This document shows, piece after piece, positions 60,109 through 64,000 of a stretch of 64,000 nt of DNA. Position 1 is the stretch's first letter. Each line of letters starts with the position of its first letter. Position numbers and translations under genes: made by a program. The stretch comes from Neophaeotheca triangularis (Eukaryota), in contig BAAIJX010000058.1 in NCBI GenBank assembly GCA_054600435.1, forward strand, positions 62,001-126,000, in the 5' to 3' direction. Under the pieces are notes generated by a model that saw only the letters and a list, made by a program, of their open reading frames with translations, searched no databases and was not told the origin of the DNA.

Positions 60109-61930
60109 ATGTTACAACAAGGTCGAGGAGATGGATGGCTTTCCCTTCCCATCGACGCTCTACCTCCCTGGGCCTCACTCAATGGAGCAAAGCTGGACCT
60201 TGTCAAACCCGGGACCATCCCAGGTCGAGGTAGCGGTCTCGTTGCGCGCCAACTCTTAAACGCTTCAAACATTCAATCTCCGCTTCTGACGGTACCACGA
60301 GAGCTTATCCTCGGACTCGAGCGAATACAAGAACATGCCAAAGTCGACCGCGACTTTCGCGAAGTCTTGGAGAGTCTTTCTGATTTCGGTAGAGTAGGTC
60401 GTTTCTTTCTCCGATTCCCAGAGAGTACTTTCTGAGCTGTTCTAGCGCAATCTCATGGGTCATCAGGTCTCGTGGCATTTCTTCTACACATTGACTCTGG
60501 TACAGGTCGCTGACGTCTCTCTAGACGCCACGCGGTGCTATACTCGCTTTTCTTCTCCTTCAAGTTTCCACCGCATGCCCAGATTTACCGCAAAAGGTTG
60601 GGGTCCACAGCCCTTTTACAGAGTAGGTATTTGAACCAACCATACCCACTCCTCGCTTTTCGTTCACCACACTCATTACTTGATCCCCCACGATGCACAT
60701 GTACCAATGTTCCCCCAGTCACTGACGTGACCTACGAAGCTACATCAAGACACTGCCTTCGGAGAACCTCCCGACCACATGGACCCCGACCGAGCTCGAA
60801 CTTCTCATCGGAACAACACTAGCGCCTGCAACACGCGCAAAGCTCAAATCCTTACAACGGGAGTACGACTTCCTCTGTGAATCAGCCGCCAATACTCGAT
60901 GGTACCGCAGCGTGTCAGAACAGCTCAACTTCGAAGACTGGCTACAAGTGGATGCCATGTACCGCTCGCGAGCTCTCGAATACCCTGGGATAGGGCATTG
61001 CATGGTACCGTGCGTGGACGTAGCGAACCACGCCTCGCACGAAGCTACGAGCGCAATCTACGAAAAAGACGACAGCGGAAACGCTGTCCTGCTTCTACGC
61101 GACGGCAAAGTCTTGCAAGAAGGCGAAGAAGTGACCATTACCTACGGAGATGAAAAGGGCGCTTGTGAAATGCTCTTCTCGTACGGTTTTCTTGAATCGG
61201 GGATGCCGTCGGCTGAAACGCTTTTCCTGGACCTCAATATCCCTGCGAGCGATACGCAGCGCGCTGCGAAGATGCAGATAGCGGACGCTGCTCCGGGGTT
61301 CAAGATCATCGACGCCGGGGATGGGGAGATTGACTGGACTGGATCGTTTGTGTGGCTGTTGTGTCTTACCGCTGATGATGATCTGCGTTTTGAAATCGCA
61401 CGTACTATCGATGGCGAAGGTGTGGAAGAAGAGAACATGACTGGGTTCTTCAAATCGCATGAGCTGACTGCGGGAGAGCATGGCGGTGCGGCTCGTCTGC
61501 AGCAGCTGCTCAGTCAGGACGAATTGTGGCCGGTCTACCGTCTAAGAGCTGTGGCAATACTGCAGCAACGAGTGTTTGAGCAGTTGCAAACGCTAGTCGG
61601 CACACAAGAAGAGTTTGATGAGTTCCGGCCGAGCAGTGAGAACGACGTTAGGGAGACTGTTTATGACCAGGTCAAAGAACTCAGGCGGCTTGAGCAGGAG
61701 CTTCTCGAGCGGGCTTATGGGTTTTTTGAAGAAGAGGTGAGGCGGCCAAACTCCTTGTCGGCTTTTTCATGTATGCTGATCGTTTGTCACAGAAACTACA
61801 ACTCGTGGAACATCCAGTAGTGCAGAGATACCTGGCAGAGATGAGCGGAGGGCAAACGGAGGTTTCCGATGACGGTGACAACAACAGGCCAACTGATAGA
61901 AGCGGGCAAGAGGTTGAGGACTTCTCGTAG
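60109..61930 (+). CDS. SET-domain protein lysine methyltransferase (Rkm/Efm1-like), 4 exons
   Basis: GRGSGLVA, LLTVPRELIL, YIKTLP..LPTTW, YRSRAL, MVPCVDVANH, EEVTITYG...LFSYGF. Introns at ~60394-60524, 60623-60739, 61737-61792. Confidence 0.88.
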
Positions 61931-64000
61931 AATCAAGCTCACCCAGCCTGCCAGCTGCCAATTTGCCTGCTGTTGATCTTCCCTGCTTTTGTGTAGCCTG
62001 CCTCCTCGACCTGGGGCAAGAGGGCCTTGTGCCGTTCTCTGGCCTGTCATCTGGACTGGAAGAGCAGAGCACAAGAAAACCTCTATCCTCAAAACGACCA
62101 TGGCTTCGCCAGACTTGCTGCTGATCGAATCGGGCCGGCCAACGATAAAAGCCTGGTAGACATTTCGTCATCCTGTTTCACTACTCACAGAGCGCTATCC
62201 GGGGAATAGATGAAACGATTTCAGCCCACGACCGTGTGGTCCGTTACTGTAATGGGTAGATGAACGACAGGTGTAGCCACGCCAACAAACCCCATCAAGC
62301 ATTGTGGAGAGCCCACTCTCCCCCACGACCCTGCACACATTTCTTCTCATCACGAATCGAGGCTGTAAGAACGTGCAGTTGAACTCTGATTAGAAAAAAG
62401 TCGAAGTCGCGGTTCCATCATCCGCAATAATCCCCATCACGCGTCCGTGGACATGATAATCATTTGCCTCCAACGTTAGCTGGCAGCGAGTCTCGGCCGA
62501 TTTGTTGAAACTTTTCAAGTCACGACCTAACGTCACAAGCTTTTTTTGGGCCTTCCGATGGCACCGAGGCATCCATGGAACTCGGAGTCAACCTTGTTTT
62601 TGCTGTCATCGAGTTATTAATCAGAGTGGTTAGTGGAAGTTGTCGTGATGGGACATCTGTCACGAGAATGCGCGAGGCGCGAGCCAATGAGGAGTGGCAA
62701 GGTTTCATGAGATTTCTACTACTGACGTGTCCCTGGCAATGTAGAAGGTAAGGTATAGTGGAGATTATTGAGGTGTGGTGATGGAAGAGGGTGGCCTAGA
62801 CCAGATAGTAATGGTATTGATAAATACTGTACCCAGTATAACGTACGAGAGAGGTTTTTTCATGTTGGCTTCGTCTGGTGCTGTGGTTTCGATGCTGCCA
62901 TCAACAACTCGTCCACATGCTCGTCCGTCTAGGAGCGATGGGTCTTGTTGGCGGGGGGCTGCCCCACTACGGGTTTTTTTCGTCTGCAGCCGGTCTCGGA
63001 TCTACTAAGAGCTGTCAGCAAGTACAATACCTGGTTACATAGTAGGTAGGTATGGTGTTCGATACACTACCTTATAGAGGAAAACCCGTGTACACCTGTC
63101 TGACTTTAGCAGCGATGGATCCTGCTATAAGAGTCGTCAAAACGTACACTTTGCCATGGCGACTACTTTGAACAACACTACCTTGGCAAGCAAAAGGATG
63201 GAAATTGCTCGAGCGACTCACCTAGCCCCAGATGCCCCCGCCTAGGCGACGAGGACACGTGGGATAGATGTGAGCTTCCACACCAGCGGATTTGTTAGGT
63301 AGCTTGTTCCTCGACTGCAGGTGTAGGTACTGCTTTCCCATCATCGGGTTCCACGTTCTACGGTACTAGGTGGTGATGACATGGCGGTAGGAATGAATAG
63401 TGGCAATTATTACATACCTTAGCTAAGTCCGGTCTTTACCATGTAAACACGTTACAACGTGTCTGCTGCGTATAGTAGATGATGATAACGCGTTTTCGTT
63501 CCTCCCTACAGTCGGGGTTCTCGACTTTGTCTCGCCTTACCAAGGTAAAGTACACCTAGGTATGGTAGGTATAGGTATGGTGGGGAAGGCAAGCCAAACT
63601 AACGCCAAGGATGACTCGTTTTCGCTAGGTACCTTACCTAGGTACTCCGAAAGATTGGCGTCGATCACTCCTCAATTCGTGACGAGGGACATCCGACTGC
63701 TTAGAGTCGCTGCTTCATGGCTAACGGCATTTGATTAAAGACGAGCTATAATCACCGAGGGAGGAAACAGCAACAGTAGTAGTAGTAGTGCTGTAACTAA
63801 CACACGGTTGCGGTCCTGCACGTCTACAGAACATCTATCTGTCAGTAGTCAAGGTTGTCTACCGGAATACCCTTGGAGCGTGCGTCTGCCATCTGCAAGC
63901 AGGACTTGCCTTATTATCAAGTTGGCACGGCTCGGCGGACTGGAGAGTTGACAGCGTCTCATTCGCGCAAGTCTGTTTGGGTTCTGCTAGGTACGGTTGG

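Overview
Eukaryotic DNA from a filamentous ascomycete. Genes carry GT-AG introns with CTRAC branch points and there are RIP-like relics; a Dothideomycete origin is plausible but is only my inference. I can model about 19 protein-coding genes: a J-domain protein, GNAT, proline iminopeptidase, class II-like peroxidase, ATG22, a P450, Nup188, NDUFB7, a BRCT-WGR protein, trifunctional trpC, a copper-fist TF, EFM7/NNT1, syntaxin SSO, GT2, AT3, a GH16-AT3 fusion, MBP1, DCTN5 and a SET-domain protein. Main hunt result: a three-gene locus at 43.7-54.3 kb. It has an intronless processive GT2 synthase, a divergently transcribed Acyl_transf_3-like membrane protein, and a spliced ~1025-aa fusion of an apparently catalytically dead GH16-like ectodomain to a second AT3 domain. 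It looks like an acylated cell-surface polysaccharide system. Also notable: a 1.7-kb TIR element with a 5-bp TSD inside the J-protein intron whose TIRs carry perfect outward-facing splice donors; a probable 1-bp frameshift in that J-protein gene; and a decayed tandem Zn2Cys6 pseudogene that the ORF track misses. All family calls come from motif recognition by eye; no searches were run.
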